A stretch of 64,000 nt of DNA from assembly GCA_964016885.1 (NCBI GenBank), contig OZ024747.1:6944001-7008000 (forward strand). The letters run 5' to 3'. Below, one piece after another: positions 27,570 through 41,200 of the stretch. Under the pieces are notes generated by a model that ran no database searches, was not told the origin of the DNA, and saw nothing but the letters and a program-made list of their open reading frames with translations. The translations under genes were made by a program, and so were the position numbers. Origin of the DNA: Eledone cirrhosa. Taxonomy: Eukaryota. The number at the start of each line of letters is the position of its first letter. Within the stretch, counting starts at the first letter, position 1.

Positions 27570-30500
27570 AGCAATTTAATCAATAAAATCAACCAGTTCA
27601 GCAGCAAAACTTGATCTCCCAGGCAGGCCAGGGATCTGTGTCTCGCTTTATGTACAGTCAACACTCCATCAAATGCACAGGAGAGGTTGTCATGCCTTTG
27701 ACACAACAGAGGGTCCTCCCAACTCTTTTGTTTGGCAAGATTTCTACGGCTGGATGCCCTTCCTATCACCAGCTACTTTACAGCATGTACTGGGTGTGTT
27801 TATTGTGTATATCACCAACACTAGGGAGGATGTCAGCCTCCATCTATCAAATTTCACCCACAAAACATTGGTCAGCCAGAAGTTATAGTGGAAGACATAC
27901 CTCCAAGGTATGATATGGTGAAATTGTACCTGAAACTATGTGGTCGTGAAGTGAACATAACCACACAACCATGCCTGTCAGCTGGGAGAGAATATAGAAC
28001 ACCAGATTAAATACTGTACTTGGTTTTGTCTGCGTTTATTCAGAGTTCAAATCCTACTAAGGAGTGAACAGAACAAGTACCAGCAATGTCCTGGGGTTCA
28101 ATTCTATAAACTATATACACCCAGTCTTTATTCAGAGATACAGTCCTTATACTTCATCAACAAATTAATTTACTTACAGTGATCAGCTGAGCATTGAGGT
28201 GACTTCCTAGGTTTCCCATATTAGGTTTACAATTGACCAAACCATAGAGACATTGCATGCAGCAAGCAATGACCAACTGGAAATAGAAGATGAAAGCTGG
28301 GAATAAGACATTATAACAATATTGTGACTATTAATAAAATACATATGTAGAGTGGTGCCACATCTGGTATAATGAACAATATTAACACACCTGTAGTTAC
28401 ATACACACATCAATGTCACAGACAGTAACACACCTGGAGTCACACACACATACAATGTCAGACAGTAACACACCTGTAGTTACACACACATCAATGTCAC
28501 AGACAGTAACACACCTGTAGTCACACACACATACAATGTCAGACAGTAACACACCTGTAGTTACACACACATCAATGTCACAGACAGTAACACACCTGTA
28601 GTTACACACACATCAATGTCACAGACAGTAACACACCTGTAGTTACACACACATCAATGTCACAGACAGTAACACACCTGTAGTTACATACACACATCAA
28701 TGTCACAGACAGTAACACACCTGTAGTTACACACACATCAATGTCAGACAGTAACACACCTGTAGTTACATACACACATCAATGTCACAGACAGTAACAC
28801 ACCTGTAGTTACACACGCACATCAATGTCACAGACAGTAACACACCTGTAGTTACACACACATCAATGTCACAGACAGTAACACACCCGTAGTTACACAC
28901 ACATCAATGTCACAGACAGTAACACACCTGTAGTTACACACACATCAATGTCACAGACAGTAACACACCTGTAGTTACACACACATCAATGTCACAGACA
29001 GCAACACACCTGTAGTTACACACACACATCAATGTCACAGACAGTAACACACCTGTAGTTACACACACATCAATGTCACAGACAGTAACACACCTGTAGT
29101 TACACACACATCAATGTCACAGACAGCAACACACCTGTAGTTACACACACACATCAATGTCACAGACAGTAACACACCTGTAGTTACACACACATCAATG
29201 TCATAGACAGTAACACACCTGTAGTTACACACACATCAATGTCAGACAGTAACACACCTGTAGTTACACACACATCAATGTCACAGACAGTAACACACCT
29301 GTAGTTACACACACATCAATGTCACAGACAGCAACACACCTGTAGTTACACACACACATCAATGTCACAGACAGTAACACACCTGTAGTTACACACACAT
29401 CAATGTCACAGACAGTAACACACCTGTAGTTACACACACATCAATGTCACAGACAGTAACACACCTGTAGTTACACACACATCAATGTCACAGACAGTAA
29501 CACACCTGTAGTTACACACACATGTACATTAAGGTTTTATCAACAAGAGGAGTACTGGGTACTTACTGGTGTAGCAAGGGTCATGACTTTTAGGATGGTT
29601 TCACACATGGCTTGGATGTCACTTTGAGCCAAAACAGGGAATATTTGCTTGACAAGCATCAGAACATGAAGGGTAGTTACAGCATCAGAGCCACCTGGTG
29701 GGAGACAAAGAAAGAAAGAAAAAAAGGATAACCATCATCATTCCTAACTTTATAGTAACTTCTGCGTTCACTTGATCTGCTAGAAATAGCATCCTCCCTT
29801 ACCATCTTAGAAAATAACACATTTGATGATGTGGTCCTAGGTTCCCTACACACAGGAACAAGCTGATTAAAACTGACCATGTCTAAACAATATCTTTAGT
29901 GTCAGCCCCCAACGACTATTGTTATATAATTGCTATTATCACTGATGATATCATTGTAGCTACTTTCACAACACTAGTGAATGGAGATCAACTTGTTAGC
30001 AATAGCAACTAAATCTCCTTCAAATCGTACCTTATCATCTTAGAAATAAATCCCAAGTGCACCCTGTAAGGTGGTAGTGTTGGAGTCACAATAAAATGCT
30101 TCTAGTACACGCTGTAATGTGGTTGAAACCAAGTGTATGAGCAAAACGTGGTCAACTGACCAGTCAAGTCTTTGTATGTGACAGCCTGTCCAATGTATGT
30201 AGGCATGGAAAATAGATGTTCAATGGTGGTGATGATGATGATGATAAATACCACAGATACTATGCACCCCCATCCCACACACATTGAAAAAAACCCCAAA
30301 CAAAACAATGTTTATGGCTTGACTGCTTTTGATCTGAACAATATGGCAACATGTGAGAAATATATTCAGAAGAATATTTCAAATAGAATTGAACTATCAT
30401 AAAACTGGGTTGAATAGAGCAAGATATAACTTGATTACCATATATGGGAATAATGACCATCACTATCATCATCCTAGGTTTTATATCTATTCTTCCCTTA

Positions 30501-32223
30501 CTATCATAGGTTAGGATGGACAGTTATGTATCGGATGTATTGATAAGACTTACCACCAGACTCTTCAATTTTCTTAATGCAATGCTTTGCAGTGAGAGGG
30601 GCCATAGGGTGGTAGCTAGGAGCTTTGTCAGCCTTCATCATGACACTGTTCTTCAGAATATTCTCAACACCTCCTTGTGACAACTTACGTATCTATAACA
30701 AGAGAAAGGGAAAATAGTTACAGAAAATACAACAAAAACAAAATTAAAAAAAATATAAAATCCATGTGATGTGCACGGATGATTATGGATGGGTGAAGTG
30801 CCAGGAAATGGCAGTGAACAGAAGCCACAGTAGAGGTAAACGAAGAAAGAACTGGGCAGCGGTTGTGAGAGCTGACCTCAAAATCGCTGAGACTCAGAGA
30901 TGACGAAGGAACGCGGCAACCTAATTCTTTACAGAACCTCTACAAGTGTAATACAAAAAGCATAAATAACCTTCCAGTAGTTTGAGATACGAAGCTCAGC
31001 TGAAACATTCATAGGCTGACCAAGATACTCTCATGGAATGACCAGGTTTATTTTTCAACACAGTCCCCGGAAAGAAACCATCATCATCACCGTTTTACGT
31101 CCGTTCTTCCATGCTAGCATGGGTTAGATGTTTTGTCCTGTTGTGGGCAGTGTCCAGTCGGTTGACCTTGTCTTGCTCATACAGAACTGATTCTGGCTTG
31201 ATTTCTACAGCTGGATGCCCTTCCTAACACCAACCTCATTTACAGTGAGTGCTGGGTGCTTTTTTTCCGTGGCGCCTCCACGACCACTTTGCAGTGGAAT
31301 GATAGAGACCCCAGTCCCTATCATCTCATTTCTACAGCTGAGTAAACTGGAGCAATGTGAAATAAAGTGTCTTGCTCAAGGAAACAACACATCACCTGGT
31401 CCGAGAATTGAACTCACAACCTTTCGATTGCAAGCCCAATGCTCTAACCATAAGCCTTCACAATGCAGTTATTATTAAGAAGAGTTGAAATTAATGCATG
31501 CAAGATTTCCCAGCCCTAGCATCACTCCTTCACACTCAGCCTACCCTTGTATTTATATTTGTAATCCTAACTCATTGACCACAACATTTCTGACCAATTG
31601 TCATTAATTAAATTATGGCAATTTTCTTTGTTAGAAAGTGGGAAGTGACCAAATATAGCCCCTATCTTTAATCATTGCTGTGTGGTCAATTTAGTACCAT
31701 AGGATTGGTGTTCAATGATCAGTTATAATTAATTACAGAAACTGACCTCTATCAACAATTACGAACATATACTAACCTTTGGTTTTCTGTGAGTAACGAA
31801 GGCCAACACACTGAGATAGATCTGCTGAGTAGATGACAACTCCCAGACAGATGCAGTCTGTGCACATAATAGATGCGATAAACAACGCAGCAACTGCAAA
31901 AAAGAAATAATATTGGGATTGTGGGTGATCTATATTAGTAGTGTGTGTGTGTATATATATATATAGATATATAGGAAGGGCATCCACAACAATAAAACAA
32001 AGCAAATCAATCATGATTCCTTACAGATTTGACCATTGATGTATTGTCACCCTCAGAATGTTTGACAAGGAGGCCCAGTAGTTTCTTTGATACTTCAGAG
32101 AATCGGTTGATAAGGACAGCATCAGGGACTCTAGAATTGTGAAGAGGAGAATGATAGCAAAAATGAGTGGAAACTAAAGATTTTTAAGGAAATATACTCT
32201 GGAGTATAGATTATAGTGTGTGT

Positions 32224-32258
<35 letters not shown>

Positions 32259-35200
32259 CACATATATATATATCTAAACTATAATAAAGTAAGGAGCGCA
32301 GGACTGCGTACGGTTTATAATTTTTTATCTCATTAGTAAAATAAGTTGTATTACTTTGAATAAATAATGAATGAATATTACATAATTTATCTACCAAATT
32401 TCGTGGCTGTTGATTAAATATATTTTGTTTATTTAAAGATTCACTTCTTTAAAATTTCTGGAATGTCAACATTTCCGGTTGGCCATTGCTTAAATAATTT
32501 CCTCCTAATGCAGTTTATATATAATATCGTCCTTTTTAATGTATCATGGATTACGTTACTCATTAAATAAGGCAGTGTAACAGAGTCTTTGTTCAATTTC
32601 TATGTATTATATATTGTCAATTACGATTTTATTTGACGTATCTACATGTATATATACCTGCGTATAATATCAATATACACACTACACATGTTAGCAGAAA
32701 ACCACTCTTCTGGTGGTTTTCTGCTAGTATATATATACCAAATGACACAGCACAATGAAGAAATATATTAGTTTTACGCTTGATATAGTAGGAAACGAGT
32801 CTTAATGTTTTGGACGTTAGACCTTAATCAGAAGATAGAACGAGAAATTAAAGAAGACATCGAAAGACTGAGGAGACGGGCAGGGCAGAAACACAATTTT
32901 TTTAGAGAAAAATATTCAGTGCTGCTGCTATGGCAAAGTGTCCAGTCCATCGTGTAAGAGGATAATGTTGGAATCATGATGTTTCTAGTACATACTGTAC
33001 TATATATATATATTAAACATGAAGAGGAAGGTAGATAGTGGCACCTTTCTTGAGAGAGAGAACCACTGGGTGTAAGATAATAAGAGTGTGGAAATGAGAT
33101 AGTAAAGGATGAGACACAGTGACACAGGATGTCAAATGGAAATCTTACTTGCTAATAACAACACCAAGGAGATAAAGTGTGGCTGTAAGTCCATCTTCAA
33201 TGTCCATTGTATCAAGAGCAGTCACCTAGAAATTGAAACAGTAAGACATGTAATCAGCCAAAGTTGTAGGAATTATGTTGCAATTTTAAGGGGAGGCAAA
33301 CCAAGGTAAGCCATTTTTAAAAACATGTTACACACAGGAATTCAAACGTTTGAATTCCTGTGTCTAAAAACAAGTTTTGTAAATTCAAATATTTATAGTA
33401 TCTTTACTAGTCTACAGATTTCAGTTAGATTATTTCAGAGACTGGCGCGCTTGTTTTTAAAATTTACATCCTGTAATGATTTAGCAGAAAATGTCTAAAA
33501 ACAAGTTTCATAATTTACTAGTGGACAGATTGTGAAAATTTGTAGTATCAAAGTAAAGACATTAATGATAAATGTGATGCTGTCATAGTGTAGTTTTGTA
33601 TTTTTCAAGAATATCTTGCTAACGTAGTTTCATGCAGTACAGGACATTTAATGTTAAGATTTATTTCCTATTTCTCCTGTCTTTGAAGGACATACAACAT
33701 GTTTCACTGTACTAAGTGTATTAATTTCTGTTGAAGCCTAACATCACTAGTTTCCCGAGGTTCTATTGTTTTACAACCATGCCTGCATTGTTTTGATCAT
33801 CCAGTCTTTTTCTATATCTAAGACTACATTGTCCAAACATGTCTTTCTTGTTTGCAGATGGTAGAGTGTGATTTTGAGGGAATTTAGTTGTTACACTAAA
33901 CTGTGTATTCCAGTTTTTAGAATAGACCCACCACATTCCTGCATGTCATAAGAGGTGACTAAAAGGGTTGGGGTCAGGAAAGGGTTTCTGGCTATAAAAC
34001 AATGCCTCAAAACATCCTGTCTAACCCATACCAGATTGGAAAATAGTGCATAAAAATTGATGACAATGATGATGATTCTACATCTAGCATGTTGATCACC
34101 TGAAAGTTCCGGTGGAGGCCATATTGCGAATGTTTTCAAGGTGAACCAAGTCAGAGACAAGAGTTACAGTTCTACAACAATGGTAGTGTACCAGTGTTAT
34201 ATATTATATAAGTGTAAGTGGTGTATAATGTAATAAGTGTAAGTGGTGTATAATGTAATAAGTGTAAGTGATATATAATGTAATAAGTGTGTTATATATT
34301 ATATAAGTGTAAGTGGTGTATAATGTAATAAGTGTAAGTAGTATATAATGTAATAAGTGTAAGTGGTGTATACATGTAATAAGTGTAAGTGGTATATAAT
34401 GTAATAAGTGTAAGTGGTATATAATGTAATAAGTATAAGTGGTATATAATGTAATAAGTGTAAGTGGTATATAATGTAATAAGTATAAGTGGTATATAAT
34501 GTAATAAGTATAAGTGGTATATAATGTAATAAGTGTAAGTGGTATATAATGTAATAAGTGTAAGTGGTATATAATGTAATAAGTGTAAGTGGTATATAAT
34601 GTAATAAGTGTAAGTGGTGTATAATGTAATAAGTGTAAGTGGTATATGCATGTAATAAGTGTAAGTGGTATATAATGTAATAAGTGTAAGTGGTATATAA
34701 TGTAATAAATGTAAGTGGTATATAATGTAATAAGTGTAAGTTGTATATAATGTAATAAGCGTAAGTGGTGTATACATGTAATAAGTGTAAGTGGTGTATA
34801 ATGTAATAAGTATAAGTGGTATATAAAGTAATAAGTGTAAGTGGTATATAATGTAATAAGCGTAAGTGGTGTATACATGTAATAAGTGTAAGTGGTATAT
34901 ACTGTAATAAGTGTAAGTGGTATATGCATGTAATAAGTGTAAGTGGTGTTTAAAGTAATAAGTGTAAGTGGTATATAATGTAATAAGTGTAAGTGGTGTA
35001 TACATGTAATAAGTGTAAGTGGTATATAATGTAATAAGTGTAAGTGGTATATAATGTAATAAGTGTAAGTGGTGTATACATGTAATAAGTGTAAGTGGTA
35101 TATAATGTAATAAGTATAAGTGGTATATAATGTAATAAGTGTAAGTGGTATATAATGTAATAAGTGTAAGTGGTATATAATGTAATAAGTGTAAGTGGTG

Positions 35201-38200
35201 TATGCATGTAATAAGTGTAAGTGGTGTATACATGTAATAAGTGTAAGTGGTATATAATGTAATAAGTATAAGTGGTATATAAAGTAATAAGTGTAAGTGG
35301 TATATAAAGTAATAAGTGTAAGTGGTATATAATGTAATAAGTGTAAGTGGTATATAATGTAATAAGTGTAAGTGGTATATAATGTAATAAGTATAAGTGG
35401 TATATAATGTAATAAGTGTAAGTGGTATATAATGTAATAAGCGTAAGTGGTGTATACATGTAATAAGTGTAAGTGGTATATAATGTAATAAGTGTAAGTG
35501 GTATATAATGTAATAAGTGTAACTGAAGCTACGTCACTTACCAAAGCTGCAAAGTACTCAGTGTCTGTTTCTTTCCCATTATTTTCCTTGATTACTTCAG
35601 TGACAGCAGCAAGTACAGCTGCAATCTATCAAATAAGAATGACACAAGACATTTAACAAATGAAAGAAAATGAAAACAGAAACAACACCTATAATAACAT
35701 GTGGTCTAGGAACGATGAAAAAAATAGACAAATACATAGCCCAAACCCCGGGACTTACATATATATATACAGGAGACAGCACTACTAGGCACTGAACACA
35801 TATTACGAAAAATACTCTCAACATAACAGAAACACCACCAGCAAAACCTACACTGCACATACCCAAGGTGCACAGAGCTGTGCTCGGTAAAGCAGTAATG
35901 ATGTGCAATAAAAATAATAATAATAATGATTTCTTTATTAACCACAAAGGGTTTACATCAAGAAAAATATTATGATGGCACAGGACGAAAACACAGTGTG
36001 TGTTGGTGTGTGGGTTTTGTGTGTAAATAAAAAGATAACAATGAAAATTAAAACAAAGGAGGTTCCTTGATAGGGAGGAGACATTCGAGGGTCACTCATG
36101 GAAAGAACCCCATAAAACCATGGGTGCCCTAATGTCTAGGGTAAGAGCCCTGTCTCAGTTGTTCTCCTCTAATCTATAGGTTAACACTCAGAACAGGCCC
36201 AATAATAATGGTTTCATACAAGCATAAAACCAAAACTTTGTTGGGCAAGGCACAATTGATTGTATCAACCCAGCACTTGAATGACCCTCGAAGAATTTAT
36301 CACTAAATACAGCAAAGTATTTGGTCCAACTTTCTTACAATTCTGCTTCCAAAATAATAAAGCAGAGAGAAAAAGTGTTTAGTAGATCAACATATGTTGC
36401 TGTTGTTTAACCCCAGGACAGGCCTGATCATGCAGACCTATTATGAAAGGTGTTCTGTCCATAGCAGTAAGCCCAAAATTTCAACCAGTTATAACAAAGT
36501 ATGTTGAGTAATGTTATACATCACTTGAGGAAACTGTATGTAATATCAGACAGTCACCTTAAATAGGTTCAACAAGATGTAACAATAGTGGCATAACAAT
36601 GATAGATAACATGCAGATATGTTTATTTATTAACAAAAACTTGGTTGGGGTTAGGAAGGGCATCTAGCTGAAATAAAGTTCCATCTGAACAAGGTACAGT
36701 GCGGCCAGCTGGCCAGATTTGTCTCATGATGAGGGTGACCCGTCTAAAACATGCAAGCATGGAAAATAGACATTAAACGGTGATGATAATGAGGATGAAT
36801 AGAATACTCTAACTATAAAAGATAAACCATATTAGTTATTATATCAGTGATTTGTGTGATATTGCTGCTCCCACATAGTAGTAGTGTTATATTGCTTATT
36901 AACACTGTTGATACCAAATCACCCCTGGTTCTATGATACAAAACTGTTTTAATGTGTTTATATCTAAAAACCTTTCACTATAATTTTATGTAAGAACCTA
37001 CGTTAAGTTATATTCTAAACCAGCCATGGGTAAACTGCAGCCTGTTTGGCTTTCTGAATGGCACACATATTTTCAAAATTACCACAAATCGTTTTAGTAG
37101 TCCCCCACCACCTTATGATGAACCACATCCTATGCAGCCCACTGCTCAAAAAAGGTTGCCATGCCTGTTCTGAACACAAGATCAATAATGATATAGAGAT
37201 ATTACTAAATCTCTCCAATTCATAAGCTGTGTCATTCATCAGAAATATAGAAACAATTTAAAAAAAAAAACTAAGTTGCTAATGAAAGATATGGCACATG
37301 ATTTTCAGTATTTTTTAAAATAATAAAGAATTTGGATGGATTTAGTAAAATAGCTTTCTCATTAAATTGGTGTTTGGAATATAAGGAAGGTTTTTAGATA
37401 GCTATTAACTTAAAAACAGTTTTGTCTTATAGAACCAGGGGCAGTTTGGTATGAAATTGGTTGAGTGAACATAAACTGTACATGTTGAAATGATTTCTGA
37501 TGTCTTCAACAGTCTGAACATCAGCAAAAATTAACACTTCTTCTTGAGATGGTCGTTGGGGCAGAGTCCTGAAACACTCCTTTCAGCAGGTTCTGTCAGA
37601 AGCAGCCATCTCCAACTGATTTGGTTGATCCCCAAACGAGACCAGCCAAGCTTATGGAGGTTATCCAACCATCTTGCTCGGGGGTCTATTTACAATAATC
37701 AAAGTATTTCTTCACATATGATGATGCATAACTGCAGCAACTTTTAACCAGGATTCATCCAATTACTTGTTTACCTATAACCAACAACAATATTGTTCAC
37801 ATAACATGATATAAAAATAAAAGAAAGCTGCTGAACTCTGATATGTATTCTAAAACCAGTGTTTGTGTGTGTTAGGTTCTTTTGTGCTGTCTTGTGACTT
37901 CATGATCCAAACTATGTTGGATAGAGATTGTATACCTACACTGATTCGTAGAACTGAACATCATGTGACAGTTGCTCAGTTTGTCAAACATCCAGCTCAA
38001 ATGATAGTGATCCCTTTTCTTGAAGAGATCAAATTCCACAGCTAAAGAGAAAAGTCAAATTCAACCTTGATATCAAACTGCCACTAATTCTATGATAGGG
38101 AGCTGTTCATTTATCCCTGTGAATTATTTATCTCATAAAAAATAGTTGTCGACAAGATCTGAATTGGTGTTGACTAATCCTGACCTTGTTGAAGCATAGT

Positions 38201-41200
38201 TAAGGCATCCTGTAACCACTGTTAACCCTCATGCATCTTGTTTTTTTTAAGGGATATATAGGATGATGATGATAGGACCTTATCTCATGTATCCTTTCCT
38301 TATTTAAGACAGTATATTGCAACATGAAGAATATCTTAATGCTATTTCTAGTAGTGTGACTGACCACACACGCTCTGAGGAAAATTTGAAGAGCTTAGTA
38401 ATCAACTAGTATAAGGTGATAAATCACCCCACTTAACCTGATGCTCATCCTTTTACCATGTATAGAAGTAAATACTACCATCATGTAATATTGAGTTTCA
38501 GCACAATTAACTTATATGGTTTTATCTCCAGCTTAAGACCTAAGTAGGATCAGTCCTTTCCCAGATTATTCTGGAATAACAGAAGTCGTATTTTCAGCAA
38601 ATGATGGAAACTTTTTTTGTATTGGTTTCGTCTGGATGAATGGGATATGTTCATGGCCACCACAAGTCCTCTGTGACTGATGAAACAACATGGTTTATGT
38701 TTGGAATATGATTGTTAAAGACAGGACATTTAATGATAATTCTTCCATGTTTAGATAATGTGAAATTTTGAGAAAAGAATCAGTAGGAACAAAATTTTCT
38801 AAAACTGCTACCCATAACAGGTTTCTGGTGTTACACAAATGGTTTCACCTATTGATAACCACCCCCACTTTATCTCATTAAAATAAAGAGATATTTGAGT
38901 CATTAAGTAAAAAAAAAAATATCACAAGAAATTGATATCCTCAGGTCACATGATTGTTGTGTATGAAATGTTTACTACTATATTTTGTTAATGAATGTTA
39001 AATGAAATATGGCAAATTTTGAACAAAAAACTTCATGTCACCTCTGCAGATGTTTAGATTATTGTGTTTGGTCTGACCTTCGAACATACCATGAAAATAC
39101 AAACACACTCAATAATATGGACTTTGTAAAGGTTAAACATCTAGATGTGACAGACAATGGGTTATGGCACCTCCACAGGTCAAATTACTCACTTCATTTC
39201 ATCAAAATGGTGCTTGAAATTGGTTGACCCCAGTGTTTCATTGGTACTTTATTTTATTGACTCCCGTAATAATAATAATAATAATAATAATAATATGCAA
39301 CCACAGAAAAATGGATGTAAAAACAATGACGATACACTTCTTTTTTTTATATCAAAACATCAGTCTTGATTACATCTAAAGAAATCTGTCAATAAAACAA
39401 CTGAGTGTAGATAAAGCAAGTAATGTAAATATCTCTCCAGTGTGTCTGTATTTGGTATACTGATAAAATAGGTCCATATAACAAGACATACACAGCATAT
39501 ACATGTAGATTATAGTATATATATGTAATATGTGGTGTGTACATGTGTGGAGATGCTATCAAATAGGGTGAAGACCCTTAAAGACAGAAGCAATTTGTTA
39601 TTAAGTTTTACGTTAAGGCGCATGGCTTAGTGGTTAGAACATTGGGCTTACAATCATGAGGTGGTGAGTTCGATTCTCGGACTGGGTTTTGTGTTGTGTC
39701 TTTGAGCAAGACACTTTATTTCACGCTGCCCCAGTTCACTCAATTGTAGAAATGAGTTGTGACATCACCGGTGCCAAGCTGTATCAGCCTTTTCCTTTCC
39801 TTTGGACAACATTGGTGGTGTGGAGAGGGGAGACTGGTATGTATGGGTGACTGCTGGTCTTTCACAATCAACCTTGCTTCGGAGGGGAACTTTCTAGATG
39901 CAACCTTGCCTCGGAGGGGAACTTTCTAGATGCAAATCCCATGGTTATTTGTGACCGAAGGAGGTCTTTACTTAATTGTGAAGTGAATCATTGTTGTTTT
40001 GAGATATACCATGTCATATTTGTTACAATCTTTCACAAAGCTGCCAGTAATATGATTATGAATAACAAGAAATTGAGTAGGACAGACATTTAGATGATAT
40101 ACATGATCGTTAAGTGAGATTCACACACAAAGGAGATAACACTATTTTGGTTTATTAGTACCACCATTACAAAAATAGCCCAATTGAAGGTAAACTGTAA
40201 GAATAGTTTTTCATAAATATATATTGATTCTGCCATCTGTGTATAAGAGAACATTTATACACCACAAAAGTGTTTATAAAATAATACATATGGAAAAAGA
40301 GTTATACATATTTATTTCTCACATCAAGAGAATAATTTAGTTGGTTTTTCAAGACATCTTGAAAGAAACAATCAAAGCTAGCACAACATGTAATATAAAT
40401 CAAACATCCAGGTAAACTACCGGTAGAAACAATCTTAAGTCTCTTGTAAAAGATGTAAGGGTTCTTAGAAACTAAAGTCATCTAGCTGGCCAGAGAGGAT
40501 TTTATGGATGTAGTTCCAGACCCCTCTCAATCACAGAACAAATTATAGAGATGCAGTTCCACATATCATTTCACAATATCTTCACTGAAGACATTGAGAA
40601 AAATGTTCTACCATCTTTAAAGATAGACTGAATCATAAATCTTGGTTTAGAGAGATCAACAAATTATTCTTGCACAAGACACAGACGTGGCATTGTTAGG
40701 AATGTTTATCATCATCGTTTAACGTCCATTTTGCACACTGCACTGCAATCAATTCATTTTTATATATTCATATTCATGCGCCAAATGTTACCAAGGGAGA
40801 TAACTTTTTAGTGTTCACAACTCCCATATTCATCTTACGAGTAAAGATGGCAATGTTTTTTTTTGTAAGGATTTGGTATTTGTAGAGATAAACAGATATA
40901 TCAGTTTGGCATTGATAACTCCAGTGGTATCCTCTGTCATTTTCCATAAAGATCAACCTTATCACCAAGCACAGACCATGTTTGTCCAGCTTAGATTTAT
41001 TTATGTTTGATTTTCCCATCATTAAGAGATCATGTTTTGTTATCGTTGGAGGTAAGACTTTGGTGGAAAATGTGTTATTTATTTGTTAATCTTTCATTGA
41101 AATAATCTGGCAGTTGTTGGAGTTAGCTGTCACTCATTTCTACTTCACTCTCGCTTACCACATCGTTAGAATAACTTTCAGCTTCACTAGCTAAATACTC

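Noticed and set aside
34204-35544. 446-, 313- and 169-aa ORFs
   Set aside because: Translations of the 25-bp satellite inside RRP12 intron 3.
39614-39690. tRNA-like A and B boxes (also at 3411 and in family A SINE heads)
   Set aside because: These are SINE heads that continue into repeat bodies and do not form a proper cloverleaf.
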